From positions 2,290-66,289 of the forward strand of contig JAUHZK010000009.1 in assembly GCA_030425645.1 (NCBI GenBank): a DNA stretch of 64,000 nucleotides, in the 5' to 3' direction. The translations under genes were made by a program, and so were the position numbers. This document shows positions 17,419 through 30,093 of the stretch, piece by piece; within the stretch, counting starts at the first letter, position 1, and each line of letters starts with the position of its first letter. The notes below the pieces were generated by a model, which was not told the DNA's origin, did not search any database, and saw nothing but the letters and a program-made list of their open reading frames with translations. Origin of the DNA: Gammaproteobacteria bacterium. Its GTDB lineage: Bacteria; Pseudomonadota; Gammaproteobacteria; JAPPPA01.

Positions 17419-20199
17419 CTAGGCAAACAAACGTTGCTCGCCAGCGCCATCAATATTTTCTACACAGCGGCCGCATAGCGTCGGATGGTCGCTATGCTGG
17501 CCGACATCCTCACGACGATGCCAGCAGCGTTCACACTTCTCGGCGCTACTCGCACTAACGGTCGCTTTGATTTCGCCCTTACCGGCTATCAGCTCCGCAT
17601 CTGAGGTAATAAATACAAAGCGTAGTTCATCACCCAAAGTTTGCATCGCGGCAAAGGCTTCGCCCTCGGCTTCAATGGTAACTTTGGCATCTAGGCTGCC
17701 ACGAATATCGCCGGCATTACGGGCTTCTTCGAGTGATTTACTCACGACTTCACGGGCTTCGCGCAAAGCTTGCCAGCCTGACTCACCCAGTTCGCCAGCA
17801 TTGCTAACACTAGGGATTGACCACCAAGTCGCGGCAAACACCGAACCTTCACGCTGACCCGGCAAAAAGGCCCAAGCCTCATCGGCAGTAAAGCTCAAGA
17901 TAGGTGCCAACCAACGCAACATGGCCTCGGCCACATGGTACATGGCGGTTTGCCCAGAGCGGCGCGCCTTAGAATCAGCCGCCAGGGTGTAGACCCGATC
18001 TTTTAAGACATCGAGGTAAAAACCACCTAGGTCTACCGAGCAAAAACGGTGTACATCTTGATAAATGCTATGAAACTCATAGCGCTCATAAGCATCTTTA
18101 ACTTTGTCTTGCAGCTTGCCCGCTTCTAACAGCAACCAACGGTCTAGTTCGAGCATCTCATCAGCTTCAACCGCATGCTCAGCTGGGTCAAAACCGTCTA
18201 AATTAGATAGCAGGTAACGCAAGGTGTTACGCATACGGCGATAAGAATCAGCCACGCGATTTAGAATCTCATCCGACACCGTCATCTCATTGCGGTAATC
18301 AGTTGCCGACACCCACAGGCGCAGAACATCGGCGCCGAGGCTATTCATTACCTTCTGCGGAGCCACTACGTTACCGATCGACTTCGACATCTTGCGGCCG
18401 TCTTTGTCTACGGTAAAACCGTGGGTCAGCACTTCACGGTAAGGCGCCTTGCCGGTCATCGCTACCGAGGTCAACAAGGAAGACTGGAACCAGCCACGGT
18501 GCTGGTCAGAACCTTCTAGGTATAAATCAGCCGGACGGGTTAGTTCGTCACGCGCTTCGCCCACACAGTGGTGCACCACACCCGAATCAAACCAGACGTC
18601 GAGAATATCGGTGACTTTTTCATAGTCATCCGCTTCGTCACCCAGCAACTCCGCTGGGTCAAGATCAAACCAGGCATCAATCGAGCCAGTTTCAACCTTA
18701 TCGGCGGCTTGTTTCATCAGCTCAGCCGAATTTGGATGCAAAGCACCGGTATCTTTGTGCACAAACAACGCTACCGGCACACCCCAAGTACGCTGGCGCG
18801 AAATACACCAGTCAGGGCGGTTCTCAACCATGCCGTCAATACGCTCTTGGCCCCACTCCGGCAACCAAGTCACATTCTTAATTTCTGCCTGTGCGTCTTT
18901 ACGCAAATCGGCGGCATCCATGCTGATAAACCATTGTGGTGTCGCACGGAAAATCACCGGCGATTTATGGCGCCAACAATGCGGGTAGCTATGTTCAAAC
19001 TCTACGTGTTTTACCAAGGCACCACGTTCGCTAAGCACCTCAATAACCGCCGGATTAGCTTTTAATACATGCTGACCAGCAACATGCGGAACATGGTCAG
19101 AAAAAACACCATCGCCACGCACACCGTGCTCAACTGGTAGATCGTAGTGACGACCGGCGTTGTAATCCTCAACACCGTGTCCCGGCGCTGTATGTACCGC
19201 ACCAGTACCAGCATCCAAGGTCACATGATCACCCAAGATGACCGGCACTTGACGGTCTTCCAAGGGGTGCTGCATTTGTTGGCCTTCAAGGGCCGAGCCT
19301 GGGCAACGGCCAAGCACGGTCGAGTCCTCAACACCCCAACGCGCCAGCACGTCATCAACTAAACCTTGCGCTAATACCAACGCCTCTGGGCCCGCGCCGA
19401 GGTCGCACTCTAGCAATACGTATTCAAGCTCGGCATTTAATGCTACGGCTTGGTTGGCTGGCAAGGTCCACGGCGTGGTGGTCCAGATCACGACAGAAAC
19501 CGCCAAGCTGGTATCTACGCCAAATGCCGCCGCGACCGCAGCCGCATCAACCGCAGTAAAACGTACATCAATCGCCGGCGAGGTTTTATCTTTGTACTCA
19601 ACTTCCGCCTCAGCCAACGCTGAACGGCAGTCAAAACACCAATGCACTGGCTTATGGCCAGCTTGTAAGTGGCCACGCTCAATCATTTGCGAGAAGGCGC
19701 GTAACTGATTGGCTTCGAACTTAGGATCTAACGTTAGATATGGGTTATCCCAATCGCCCAACACGCCTAAGCGAACAAAATCAGTTTTTTGTTTTTCAAC
19801 TTGCTTGCCGGCATATTCGCGACACTTCTGGCGAAAGCCAGCGGCATCAACTTTGTTGCCAACCCGGCCAATTTTCTTTTCTACTTGCTGCTCAATCGGC
19901 AAGCCGTGGCAGTCCCAGCCAGGCACATAGGGGGCGTCGAAACCACTAATGGTTTTCGACTTCACAATAATATCTTTCAGAATTTTATTAACAGCGTGAC
20001 CAATATGAATATCACCATTGGCATACGGCGGGCCGTCTTGTAGCACAAACTTAGGCGCGCCTTCACGGGCCTTACGCAATTCGCCGTAAAGATCAGCCTC
20101 TTGCCAACGTTTAACCGTCGCCGGTTCACGTTGTGCCAAGTTGGCTTTCATTGGGAACGCCGTTTTCGGCAAGTTCAGTGTGTGTTTATAGTCACTCAC
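17419..20199 (-). CDS. ileS: Isoleucyl-tRNA synthetase.
   Basis: The 926-aa product has the HIGH motif ([15 protein letters not shown]), the KMSKS motif, and a C-terminal zinc-binding motif (CERCWHR...CGRC). Confidence 0.95.
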   Translation of the reverse strand: MSDYKHTLNLPKTAFPMKANLAQREPATVKRWQEADLYGELRKAREGAPKFVLQDGPPYANGDIHIGHAVNKILKDIIVKSKTISGFDAPYVPGWDCHGLPIEQQVEKKIGRVGNKVDAAGFRQKCREYAGKQVEKQKTDFVRLGVLGDWDNPYLTLDPKFEANQLRAFSQMIERGHLQAGHKPVHWCFDCRSALAEAEVEYKDKTSPAIDVRFTAVDAAAVAAAFGVDTSLAVSVVIWTTTPWTLPANQAVALNAELEYVLLECDLGAGPEALVLAQGLVDDVLARWGVEDSTVLGRCPGSALEGQQMQHPLEDRQVPVILGDHVTLDAGTGAVHTAPGHGVEDYNAGRHYDLPVEHGVRGDGVFSDHVPHVAGQHVLKANPAVIEVLSERGALVKHVEFEHSYPHCWRHKSPVIFRATPQWFISMDAADLRKDAQAEIKNVTWLPEWGQERIDGMVENRPDWCISRQRTWGVPVALFVHKDTGALHPNSAELMKQAADKVETGSIDAWFDLDPAELLGDEADDYEKVTDILDVWFDSGVVHHCVGEARDELTRPADLYLEGSDQHRGWFQSSLLTSVAMTGKAPYREVLTHGFTVDKDGRKMSKSIGNVVAPQKVMNSLGADVLRLWVSATDYRNEMTVSDEILNRVADSYRRMRNTLRYLLSNLDGFDPAEHAVEADEMLELDRWLLLEAGKLQDKVKDAYERYEFHSIYQDVHRFCSVDLGGFYLDVLKDRVYTLAADSKARRSGQTAMYHVAEAMLRWLAPILSFTADEAWAFLPGQREGSVFAATWWSIPSVSNAGELGESGWQALREAREVVSKSLEEARNAGDIRGSLDAKVTIEAEGEAFAAMQTLGDELRFVFITSDAELIAGKGEIKATVSASSAEKCERCWHRREDVGQHSDHPTLCGRCVENIDGAGEQRLFA

Positions 20200-20222
20200 G
20201 CTTAAATAATCTGCTTTTAAAT

Positions 20223-21152
20223 CTAGTTAAAAATATTATTGGCCCGCTGAATATCATCAGCAATCGCCGCTTTTAGGGCTTCAAGACCGTCAAACTTTTG
20301 CTCGGCCCGAATAAACTCAACAAACTCCACTCGCAGGCGCTGTCCATACAAATCGCCCTGCCAGTTCAACACATGCACCTCTAGGCGCAGTTCCAAGCCA
20401 TTTACAGCTGGCCGTGTGCCTAGGTTTGCTACGGCCGCCAAGGGGGCCTCACAACCTGCCACATTCCACAGCCGTACGGCATACACGCCCAACAGCGGTA
20501 GACGATGGCGGGCGAAGCCAATATTGGCAGTCGGAAACCCTAACTGACGGCCAATTTTGTCGCCGTGAACCACTCGGCCTTCAATGCTGTAAGGCCGCCC
20601 GAGTAACTCTTCAGCCTCAGCCAACTCACCAGCAGCCAATTTTTCTCGCACCGCCGTAGAGCTAATACGCGCGTTATCCGCAGCCACAGTCTGCGTATCT
20701 AAAACTTCAAAACCGTATTGCGCACCCATTTGCCGCAACATGGCTACGTCACCTTGGCGCCCGGCACCAAATCGAAAATCATCCCCTACTACCACTGCTT
20801 TTACCGCCAGCTTTGCTACCAAAACCTGTTCGATAAAGGCCTCGGCAGGCAGGCTTGCGAATCGTTCACTAAAACGTTGCAGCAATAAATAATCAATGCC
20901 CTGCGCCGCCAACAGCTGTGCTTTTTCACGAAAGTTAGACAAGCGTGCAGGCGCTTTTTCGCCTTCAAAAAACTCACGTGGCGTAGGTTCAAAACACATC
21001 ACCACCAATGGTGCAGCTAAGTGTTTAGCTTTTTCCGCCAAACGCGCCAATACGGTTTGATGGCCACGATGCACACCGTCGTAATTGCCCAGCGTCACGA
21101 CACAGCCGCGAGCCGATTCAGGCGTATTGTTAAAGCCCCGAATAATTTTCAT
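20223..21152 (-). CDS. ribF: Bifunctional riboflavin kinase / FMN adenylyltransferase (RibF).
   Basis: The internal start MKIIRGFNN...[11 protein letters not shown] matches the RibF N-terminus. The riboflavin-kinase C-terminal domain is present. The listed ORF extends 29 codons upstream. Confidence 0.9.
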   Translation of the reverse strand: MKIIRGFNNTPESARGCVVTLGNYDGVHRGHQTVLARLAEKAKHLAAPLVVMCFEPTPREFFEGEKAPARLSNFREKAQLLAAQGIDYLLLQRFSERFASLPAEAFIEQVLVAKLAVKAVVVGDDFRFGAGRQGDVAMLRQMGAQYGFEVLDTQTVAADNARISSTAVREKLAAGELAEAEELLGRPYSIEGRVVHGDKIGRQLGFPTANIGFARHRLPLLGVYAVRLWNVAGCEAPLAAVANLGTRPAVNGLELRLEVHVLNWQGDLYGQRLRVEFVEFIRAEQKFDGLEALKAAIADDIQRANNIFN

Positions 21153-21222
21153 GACGGTTTTGTGGTGGTAGAAAAACGATGGCCGCGCTAGCTGCGCAGT
21201 ATACCGCTTAAAGCCAACAGCC

Positions 21223-22785
21223 TTAAGCCTTTGCAGCAAGCAATTGCCTCGGCCGCAAGCCGCATATCAGCAAGCTTAGAAAATAAAGCCCCGCAGCAAT
21301 ACCAATTAAGCCAGTCAACCACAAAACACGTTCCGTCAGTGCCGCTTCAAGCCACCACTGTAGCTCTGGCTTGGCGAGCAAAATAAAGCCGGTCATTACT
21401 GCCGCGGAAACCAATAGCTGCAGCAAAAATTTCATCCAGCCAGCCTGCGGCAAATACACAGCTTGTTGTCGCAAGCCCTTAAATAACAACGCGGCATTTA
21501 CAAAAGCACCGCAGATTGTTGCTAAGGCCAAGCCGGTATGCGGCGCTATAAAATCCAACATCACCATCGGCACCACGAAGGCCACATTCAACACCATATT
21601 AGTCAGCAAAGCCGCGATGCCGTAACGCACCGGCGTGCGCGTATCTTGGCGAGCGAAATATCCCGGCACCAAAACTTTAACCAAGGAGAAACCAAGCAAG
21701 CCAAAGCCATAAGCCCAAAGTGACCAACGCGCCATATAAACGTCGTGGCCATCAAACTCTCCATACTGGAACAAGGTGCTTAGCATGGGGCCCGCAAGCA
21801 ACACCAAACCCACTGCAGCAGGCACCGCTACCAACAAACATAGCCGCAAAGCCCAGTCTAATTTGGCGCTAAACGCGGCCTTGTCGTCAGCAGCATGATC
21901 CCGAGAAAGACTGGGCAAAATCACCGTGCTTAGGGCAATCGCAAACATGCCTAAGGGGAACTCCATCAAACGATCAGAGAAATACAACCAACTGACACTT
22001 CCGGCAACCAAAAACGACGCCATGATGGTGTCGAACAACAAACTAATCTGCGCCACTGAAGAACCAAAAATGGCGGGCAGCATAAGCTTCAATATGCGCT
22101 GCACCCCTTCGCTCCGCCAACCCCAACGCGGCATGGGCAACAAGCCCACCCGCCGCATTGCTGGCAATTGAATGAGCAGCTGTGCTGCGCCGGCAATAAA
22201 AACACCCAACGCCAGTGCAACCACCGGCCGCTCAAAGATTGGCGCTAGCCATAAGGCGACCGATATCAGGCAAACATTTAGCAGCACTGGTGTAAACGCC
22301 GGCACGGCAAACAAGCCATAGGCATTTAAGACGCCACCCGCCAAGGCCACCAGTGAGATAAACAAAATATACGGGAAGGTAAAACGCAACATTTCCGCCG
22401 CTAAACCAAAGCGCTCAGGCTCATCGACGAATCCCGGCGCAAAAACCCAGACCAAGGCCGGCGCCAACGCCACCCCAATCAGCGTGACGATAAACAGGAT
22501 GCCAAATAAGGTACCGGCGACCTCCGCCACCAAGCGCCTCACTTCAGATACATCGCGCTGTTGTCGATATTCACTTAAGACCGGCACAAAGGCCTGCGAG
22601 AAGGCTCCCTCAGCAAACAAGCGCCGCAAAAAGTTGGGAATTTTGAAGGCCACAAAGAAGGCATCCATGGCCGCACCAGCGCCAAATAAGGCCGCCAACA
22701 CCATATCGCGGACAAAGCCCATGACTCGGGATAAAAGGGTCATGCCACTGACCACCGTGGTCGATCGAACGAGTTCTTTACTCAT
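21223..22785 (-). CDS. murJ: Lipid II flippase MurJ (MviN).
   Basis: The product starts MSKELVRSTTVVSGMTLLSRVMGFVRDMVLAALFGAG, the canonical MurJ N-terminus. It is a polytopic membrane protein of about 520 aa. Confidence 0.92.
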   Translation of the reverse strand: MSKELVRSTTVVSGMTLLSRVMGFVRDMVLAALFGAGAAMDAFFVAFKIPNFLRRLFAEGAFSQAFVPVLSEYRQQRDVSEVRRLVAEVAGTLFGILFIVTLIGVALAPALVWVFAPGFVDEPERFGLAAEMLRFTFPYILFISLVALAGGVLNAYGLFAVPAFTPVLLNVCLISVALWLAPIFERPVVALALGVFIAGAAQLLIQLPAMRRVGLLPMPRWGWRSEGVQRILKLMLPAIFGSSVAQISLLFDTIMASFLVAGSVSWLYFSDRLMEFPLGMFAIALSTVILPSLSRDHAADDKAAFSAKLDWALRLCLLVAVPAAVGLVLLAGPMLSTLFQYGEFDGHDVYMARWSLWAYGFGLLGFSLVKVLVPGYFARQDTRTPVRYGIAALLTNMVLNVAFVVPMVMLDFIAPHTGLALATICGAFVNAALLFKGLRQQAVYLPQAGWMKFLLQLLVSAAVMTGFILLAKPELQWWLEAALTERVLWLTGLIGIAAGLYFLSLLICGLRPRQLLAAKA

Positions 22786-22937
22786 ACTGCCTTGCAAGCG
22801 CTATAAACGGATTAAGGCGAAGCATACGTCATTGACAGCAGCGGGCAAAATCAGCATAATCGCGCGCCTTGAATTCCTGCCAAATGATGGTTTTTACGTT
22901 ATTTGGCTTATTGATACCCTATTTGGAGTAAGTGGCA

Positions 22938-23204
22938 GTGGCCAATATTGCATCTGCAAAAAAACGTGCACGTCAGGCTGAAGGACGTCGCCAACGCAAC
23001 ATGGGCGCACGTTCTACGATGCGTACCTACATCAAGAAAGTACGTGAAGCGATTGACGCTGGCGAGAAAGAAGCCGCTCAAGCTGCTTACGTGAAAGCAA
23101 CTTCTATGGTTGATAAAGCCGCCGGTAAAGGCCTTATCCACAAGAATAAAGCTGCTCGTATTAAAGAACGTCTAAACAAGGCTGTTAACGGCATCGCCGC
23201 TTAA
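22938..23204 (+). CDS. rpsT: 30S ribosomal protein S20.
   Basis: The product starts [21 protein letters not shown] from a GTG start. The listed ORF begins two codons earlier. Confidence 0.93.
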   Translation: MANIASAKKRARQAEGRRQRNMGARSTMRTYIKKVREAIDAGEKEAAQAAYVKATSMVDKAAGKGLIHKNKAARIKERLNKAVNGIAA

Positions 23205-23229
23205 GCCTGAACAGACAGTTCTTAAAGAA

Positions 23230-23263
23230 CCGCTTTAGCGATTTCGCTAAAGCGGTTTTTTTA
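23230..23263 (+). terminator. Rho-independent terminator of rpsT.
   Basis: A perfect 12-bp stem (CCGCTTTAGCGA / TCGCTAAAGCGG) with a 2-nt loop, followed by TTTTTTT. Confidence 0.8.
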
Positions 23264-23367
23264 TGCCTAAAATCTGTGAAAGAATGAGACGCCAATAACA
23301 ATAAAGACTAGTCACAATAAAGACTAATAACGACAAAACTAGTCACAATAAAACTAGGAGCAGCTTT

Positions 23368-23907
23368 ATGGGCCGATTTATCAGCATTATTGCCGCCAGC
23401 ATTCTGGGGTTAACCATTCTTGGCGGCGCTTGGTTATATAGCCAACCCAACCAATGGCAAGTACAACATCAAGCGCAGATTAATGCGCCGGCCCTAACTG
23501 TATTTACCCAGCTAAACAGCCTAAAAAAGTTACCTCAATGGTCAAGCTGGAAAGCCGAGTTTCTACCCACTCTAAAAAGCCGTTATAGCGGCCCCGACAG
23601 CGGCGTCGGCGCTACAGAATACTGGGAACTAGATGGCAATAGCGGCAGCACCACCATCGTGACGAGTCGCGCTTACGACTATATTGAATACCGCGTGGTA
23701 TCCAGTGACGGCTACTTTGTTGCCACCGGCTATTACGAACTCACAGAAACAGAAAGCGGCACCCAGGTGAACTGGGTCTATAAAGGCGACTCCGGTAACA
23801 ACCTATTGCTAAAGCTATATATGGCAGGCGCCTTACCGGAAATAGACAAAGGCAATCGCTGGAGTTTGGATAATCTGAAGCAGCTGCTAGAGAGCGCAGC
23901 CAACTAG
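23368..23907 (+). CDS. SRPBCC-superfamily protein (polyketide-cyclase / lipid-binding fold) with an N-terminal membrane anchor or signal.
   Basis: The 179-aa product has an N-terminal hydrophobic segment (FISIIAASILGLTILGGAWLY) and beta-rich START / Bet v1-like composition. The family assignment is tentative. Confidence 0.5.
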   Translation: MGRFISIIAASILGLTILGGAWLYSQPNQWQVQHQAQINAPALTVFTQLNSLKKLPQWSSWKAEFLPTLKSRYSGPDSGVGATEYWELDGNSGSTTIVTSRAYDYIEYRVVSSDGYFVATGYYELTETESGTQVNWVYKGDSGNNLLLKLYMAGALPEIDKGNRWSLDNLKQLLESAAN

Positions 23908-23926
23908 CTTCGCCGCGAACGCCTGC

Positions 23927-24697
23927 TTAAGCAGATAATTTAGTGCCCAAGGCCTCGCCCGCGGCCAAGCGCGTCAAGACATCGGCTTCGGCACCGGCGG
24001 CAATAATGGTTTCAGTACCCGACTCTGCCGCCTTCGCAGCCGCCAGAACCTTAGTGCGCATACCGCCCCGACCTAGTGAGCCGACCCCGCCACCGGCCAT
24101 TTCCAGCAATGCACTGTCATTCAGGCTGGCCTCGCTTAACAGCTTTGCTGCCGGATTTTTGCGGGGATCTTCCGTATAAAGACCAGCTTGATCGGTCAAA
24201 ATAACCAAGCGCTCCGCTGACACCAAATCGGCGACTAAGGCGCCGAGAGTGTCGTTATCACCCAAACGAAGCTCCTCAATGGCCACCGCGTCATTCTCGT
24301 TAACCACGGGCACCACGCCCAGCTCGAGCAATTCATTTAAGGTGGCGCGAGCATTGGCGTAACGCTGTGAATCCGCCACATCTTGATGCGTTAACAACAC
24401 CTGCGCCGTCAGCACTTGATCAGCAGCAAAGCATTGCTGCCAAGTTTCCACCAAGCTCATCTGCCCTACCGCTGCCGCGGCCTGAATTTTATGCATATCA
24501 TCGGGGCGGCGTGACCAACCCAGTTTAGTCAGCCCAGCAGCAACGGCTCCTGATGAAACCAAAACCACCTCAATGCCCTCGCGGCGCAACGCCAAGCATT
24601 GCTGTGCCCAGGCCTCAATAGCAGGCAGGTCTAAACCGGCGCCGTTCTGCGTCAGCAAAGAACTACCAATTTTGATTACCCATCGACGCGCAGCCAT
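23927..24697 (-). CDS. proB: Glutamate 5-kinase (ProB), short form without the PUA domain.
   Basis: The 256-aa product starts MAARRWVIKIGSSLLTQNGAGLD, the amino-acid-kinase fold. It has the conserved segments VLVSSGAVAAG and VVPVVNENDAVA. It lies downstream of obg, as in many gammaproteobacteria. Confidence 0.9.
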   Translation of the reverse strand: MAARRWVIKIGSSLLTQNGAGLDLPAIEAWAQQCLALRREGIEVVLVSSGAVAAGLTKLGWSRRPDDMHKIQAAAAVGQMSLVETWQQCFAADQVLTAQVLLTHQDVADSQRYANARATLNELLELGVVPVVNENDAVAIEELRLGDNDTLGALVADLVSAERLVILTDQAGLYTEDPRKNPAAKLLSEASLNDSALLEMAGGGVGSLGRGGMRTKVLAAAKAAESGTETIIAAGAEADVLTRLAAGEALGTKLSA

Positions 24698-24703
24698 AGC
24701 TCT

Positions 24704-25900
<1,197 letters not shown>

Positions 25901-25932
25901 TTAGGAGCCTTCTTCGCGAATTTTAGCGTTGC

Positions 25933-26196
25933 TTACTCAGCAACCGGCTCAATACGTACAAATTTACGATTGTGCGGGCCTTTACGCTCAAATACTACGG
26001 TGCCATCTACCTTAGCAAATAAGGTGTGGTCACGACCCATACCAACGTTGTCACCAGCATGAGTAGCTGTGCCGCGCTGACGGATAATGATGCTGCCTGC
26101 ATTCACAAGCTGACCGCCGAATCGTTTTACGCCAAGGCGTTTACTTTCCGAATCGCGACCGTTTTTGGTAGAACCACCGGCTTTTTTATGAGCCAT
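25933..26196 (-). CDS. rpmA: 50S ribosomal protein L27.
   Basis: The product starts [28 protein letters not shown]. Confidence 0.95.
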   Translation of the reverse strand: MAHKKAGGSTKNGRDSESKRLGVKRFGGQLVNAGSIIIRQRGTATHAGDNVGMGRDHTLFAKVDGTVVFERKGPHNRKFVRIEPVAE

Positions 26197-26230
26197 TGCA
26201 AATACCTCTTAAAACTTTAAATCTGTTCGC

Positions 26231-26542
26231 CTAGGCAGAAATGCCAGTAATGCGAACTTGTGTGTAATCTTGACGATGACCTTGACGCTTACGGCTGTGC
26301 TTACGACGGCGGAACTTGATGATTTCCACTTTCTTGCCACGACCGTGCTCAACCACCTCAGCGGTTACTTTACCGCCTTCTAGGTACGGTGCACCTACTT
26401 GTACTGACTCACCTTCACCGGCCATCAATACTTGATCGAATTCAACGTTACTACCGGCTTCAGCAACCAGCTTTTCTACTTTTAGGGTGTCGCCTTCGCT
26501 TACGCGATACTGCTTGCCACCGGTAACAATTACTGCGTACAT
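26231..26542 (-). CDS. rplU: 50S ribosomal protein L21.
   Basis: The product starts [25 protein letters not shown]. Confidence 0.95.
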   Translation of the reverse strand: MYAVIVTGGKQYRVSEGDTLKVEKLVAEAGSNVEFDQVLMAGEGESVQVGAPYLEGGKVTAEVVEHGRGKKVEIIKFRRRKHSRKRQGHRQDYTQVRITGISA

Positions 26543-26689
26543 CAGATTTAGTCTCTAGTGCGCTTAACTAAGAACAGTTGCCATGCCATCTAGACAGGCC
26601 AACCAATAAGGCGCGCGATTCTACGGATTTGGCCCCTCTAGGTCAACCGATAAACGGCTAAAACCCTAGTAATCGCACTGTATTTGTCA

Positions 26690-28780
26690 CTATTTCAATA
26701 ACGGCACCTTATTACCGGCATCTGCTTTCACAAAATCCGGTAACGGCAGGCTGTCTGCCACCCGTTTTTGAATCGTTTTTCGGCGCACCGCGAGGCGGTC
26801 TAGTAATAGATCACGCGGGAAGCCGCTCACGCCTCGAATAAAGTCCGCCACCATCATCCAACGAGGCAAACCCTTATACAGCGTGCCATAGGAGCCAAGT
26901 GCAGCAGCAACCGAGCGCGACAAGTGCATATACTCACCACGGATCACTACGTTCATCTGCTGCGTATTCGAGGCCACATGCATAATGCTTTGTACTCGGC
27001 GCTGAATGCCTTCTGCGCCCTCTTTAGCCAACACCATCGGTGCGTTGCGCCCTAGGCGCTTAACTTGTTTTTTGCCGAGCGATTCAGCCAATTGGTCTCG
27101 AATCTCGCTACGTCGCGCCCAGTTTTGCTCAGGCGTGGTACTCATATTAATAAGCGCGTCGGTGACTACTTCAACGTCACCCATCAACATGCCAGCAATA
27201 TAATTGCCGACCGGCGCCCACTTATCCCTAAGTTCGACCGTATTACCCCAATCAATCAAATACAGCTCGCCGTCGCGGTCGACCATAATATTGCCGGGGT
27301 GCAGATCACCGTGAAATTCACGATAGACAAAGATGTGGTCAAACATCGTAAACAGGAATTTGCGCGCCACATTGCGTTGGAATTTTTTGCGCTGCTCTAC
27401 CGGCAATGTGCTTAACACCTGCGACAAGCTGCCAGCGTTTTCCAAAAACTCCATTTCCATCACGCGCTCGCTGCTGCGATAGACCTTGGGCACGCGCCAT
27501 TTAGTGGTGTTTTGACTCCAACGCTCAAAGCGACGCTGCGTGTTGGCTTCCTCGCGAAAATCCAATTCATCTTGGAAACCACGCACAAACTCGTCTGCCT
27601 GCTCCTGCAAGGCTTGCAGAAACGGCGCCAGCTTGCTGTGCGGCGCCCAATATTGAGAACTAATGATGGCCAGACCTAGCACCATCTTGCCCATCTGAAA
27701 TTCGCGATCCAGATTATGACGCCCAACCTTAACGATCACGCGCTTAAGCAACTCTCGGTCTTCAATCTGGATCGGCCGCCGCGCAAGGTACACCGAACCA
27801 ATCGAACCTGATTTCAAAGGTTTCTCGGTATCAAAGCCGAAGTACATGTCGTGCGGGCGCTTGCCAAAGCTTTGATTAAAGGCCTCAATGACTTCACGAC
27901 CCAGCATCGGGTCAACATCTTCATGGAAGACTTCTAGTTCACGGGCAATTTCCTCTGGCAAGAAATCTGCATTACTCGCCGCCACCTGAGCCATCTTGAT
28001 AAAGAACGGCCCAAACTCCCTGACCATGTCGGCGACAATGCGCGCCTGTGTTTCAAAGTCTTTCGGATCAGTTTGGAAGAACGGCTTAATATATCGTAAG
28101 GCTTTGATTTGACGGCGAATAATGACAATATCCGTCTTCACAACCATGGCCCGGCGCACCAGTTCACCAAGCATCTCTTGGTTAACTCGGCGCGTTTCTT
28201 TGAGGGTGTTAATTAACTCGACCAGTAGCGGCTCATAAGTGCGCAACACATAACGAGTAATATCTAAATTCAGCTCGGCCAAGCCTTTCAGCTCAGGTGC
28301 CGACATTAACTCATCGTAAAACGCCCAAAACTCATCCAATACCACCTCTGGTACTGGCACCGGGCTACGTTGCACACATTGATTAACAACAAAACGAATA
28401 AGGTCTTCGGTCGAGCCTTCATTCGGCAGCATGTTTTGCTCACGCAAAAAGCCCGTAACTTTTCGTGTTTGCCGAGTCACCGGGTGCGTATAAAGCTGCG
28501 TAAATAAGGTGTCTAGGGCTTCACTAAGCTCACCCTCAGCGACCGGTTGGTTATGCGCGAAAATCTGCGCCAACGGCACAAAGCCCTTGGGAATGGTGAT
28601 AGTGCGCCAAGTATATTGCCCCGCCGAACGCAACATATCAGCCGCCCGCTGTCGAATAGGCACACGAATAGAACCGTCTGCCTCAACCACTGTTACGGGA
28701 ACTGTTAGACCAGAGTCGCTCATATAGAAAAGTCGTACTTGGCGACGACAAGCGTCAGCCACTAGAGAATGGGGCGGCAA
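26690..28780 (-). CDS. ABC1 / UbiB-family atypical protein kinase with an N-terminal extension of about 150 aa.
   Basis: The 696-aa product has the UbiB/ADCK-type catalytic loop (FHGDLHPGNIMVDRDGELYLIDWG) and a conserved Lys-containing N-lobe. It is divergent from ispB. The true start may be the internal MSDSGL at about 28723. Confidence 0.75.
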   Translation of the reverse strand: MPPHSLVADACRRQVRLFYMSDSGLTVPVTVVEADGSIRVPIRQRAADMLRSAGQYTWRTITIPKGFVPLAQIFAHNQPVAEGELSEALDTLFTQLYTHPVTRQTRKVTGFLREQNMLPNEGSTEDLIRFVVNQCVQRSPVPVPEVVLDEFWAFYDELMSAPELKGLAELNLDITRYVLRTYEPLLVELINTLKETRRVNQEMLGELVRRAMVVKTDIVIIRRQIKALRYIKPFFQTDPKDFETQARIVADMVREFGPFFIKMAQVAASNADFLPEEIARELEVFHEDVDPMLGREVIEAFNQSFGKRPHDMYFGFDTEKPLKSGSIGSVYLARRPIQIEDRELLKRVIVKVGRHNLDREFQMGKMVLGLAIISSQYWAPHSKLAPFLQALQEQADEFVRGFQDELDFREEANTQRRFERWSQNTTKWRVPKVYRSSERVMEMEFLENAGSLSQVLSTLPVEQRKKFQRNVARKFLFTMFDHIFVYREFHGDLHPGNIMVDRDGELYLIDWGNTVELRDKWAPVGNYIAGMLMGDVEVVTDALINMSTTPEQNWARRSEIRDQLAESLGKKQVKRLGRNAPMVLAKEGAEGIQRRVQSIMHVASNTQQMNVVIRGEYMHLSRSVAAALGSYGTLYKGLPRWMMVADFIRGVSGFPRDLLLDRLAVRRKTIQKRVADSLPLPDFVKADAGNKVPLLK

Positions 28781-28906
28781 TTTACCGCAAAAGCTCCGGC
28801 ATCTCCATCTTCATCACTAACGGCTCAATAAATTCATATACTTGCTGAACAACCGCACCAAGCAACGCTTGACAGCTCCGCATACGCTGCCTAGCATCCG
28901 CCCCCA

Positions 28907-29926
28907 ATGGTGCTGTTTGCACCCCACTATTTGAAGCAGAAGCCCGTTTTGACTACCAATCCTGTCGCCCAACTCCGCGCTCTACTTAACGATGATATGC
29001 AGGCAGTTGACCAGCTTATCCAAGGGAGCCTAACCACCCGCGAACCGCTGGTCGATTTGGTTGGACACCACATTGTTAATAGCGGCGGCAAACGTTTACG
29101 GCCGATGTTAGTTCTGCTGGCGGCAAACGCCCTCGGCTGTGAAGCCAAAGCTCGCCAAATCATGGCGGTAGTTATTGAATACATCCATACCGCCACGCTG
29201 CTACATGATGATGTTGTCGACGAGTCAATGCTGCGCCGCGGCGCCGAAACCGCTAACGCCGTTTGGGGCGATCATGCCAGCGTCTTGGTCGGCGATTTTC
29301 TTTACTCGCGTGCCTTTCAGCTCATGGTGCAGCTACAAGACCTGCGCATCATGGACATCATGGCTGACACCACCAATGTCATTGCCGAAGGCGAAGTCAT
29401 GCAGCTCGTTAACTGCGGCAACCCAGACACAACAGAAGCCCGCTACTACCAAGTTATTGAGAGCAAAACAGCACGTTTATTCGAAGCTGCCACGCGTAGC
29501 GCTGCCGCCCTCGCCGACGCCGATGAGGCAACCCAACAAGCCCTCGGTGATTACGGGCTTTGCTTAGGGCGCGCTTACCAATTGATCGACGACGTCTTGG
29601 ACTACAGCAGCAGTAGTGAAGAAATGGGTAAAAACCTAGGTGACGACTTAGCCGAAGGCAAGCCAACCCTACCCCTTATCTACGTCATGCGCGAAGGCAA
29701 TGACGAGCAAAAGGCGCTTGTTCGCGATGCCATCCAGAACGGCGGCATCGATAAAATTGACGAGATCCGAGCCGCTATCGACAACACCGGCGCCTTGCAA
29801 TACACCGCCGACAAGGCCCAACAAGAAGCACAAAACGCTATTGCTGCGCTTTCAGCTCTACCCGAAAGCCCTTACCGTAAAGCAATGATTGAGCTGGCAG
29901 AATTTACCGTCTCTCGCAGCTACTAA
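28907..29926 (+). CDS. ispB: Octaprenyl-diphosphate synthase (IspB).
   Basis: The product has the first Asp-rich motif (LLHDDVVDES) and the second (YQLIDDVLD). It aligns along its length with polyprenyl synthases. The start may be a TTG a few codons downstream. Confidence 0.9.
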   Translation: MVLFAPHYLKQKPVLTTNPVAQLRALLNDDMQAVDQLIQGSLTTREPLVDLVGHHIVNSGGKRLRPMLVLLAANALGCEAKARQIMAVVIEYIHTATLLHDDVVDESMLRRGAETANAVWGDHASVLVGDFLYSRAFQLMVQLQDLRIMDIMADTTNVIAEGEVMQLVNCGNPDTTEARYYQVIESKTARLFEAATRSAAALADADEATQQALGDYGLCLGRAYQLIDDVLDYSSSSEEMGKNLGDDLAEGKPTLPLIYVMREGNDEQKALVRDAIQNGGIDKIDEIRAAIDNTGALQYTADKAQQEAQNAIAALSALPESPYRKAMIELAEFTVSRSY

Positions 29927-30093
29927 AACGGCCCCTGCAATACAAAAAACGCAGCTCAACTAGTAGATTTTCCCAACTTTTCTACTAAATTTTTGCGGGG
30001 CTTGATTGCCCCAGCCCTCATTTAAAATAACCCAAACCATTGGTTGTTTCTTTAGTGACAGCCTGGTCACCGCTTTACACTTTAAGGGTTACG

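Noticed and set aside
18568-19065. 165-aa plus-strand ORF inside ileS. Similar antisense ORFs include 22484-22981 inside murJ, 44211-44834 inside the symporter gene and 48598-48960 inside lon.
   Set aside because: They lie wholly within, and antisense to, strongly supported conserved genes. Their products are low-complexity and Ala/Ser/Pro/Arg-rich, typical of GC-skewed antisense frames, and they lack ribosome-binding sites.
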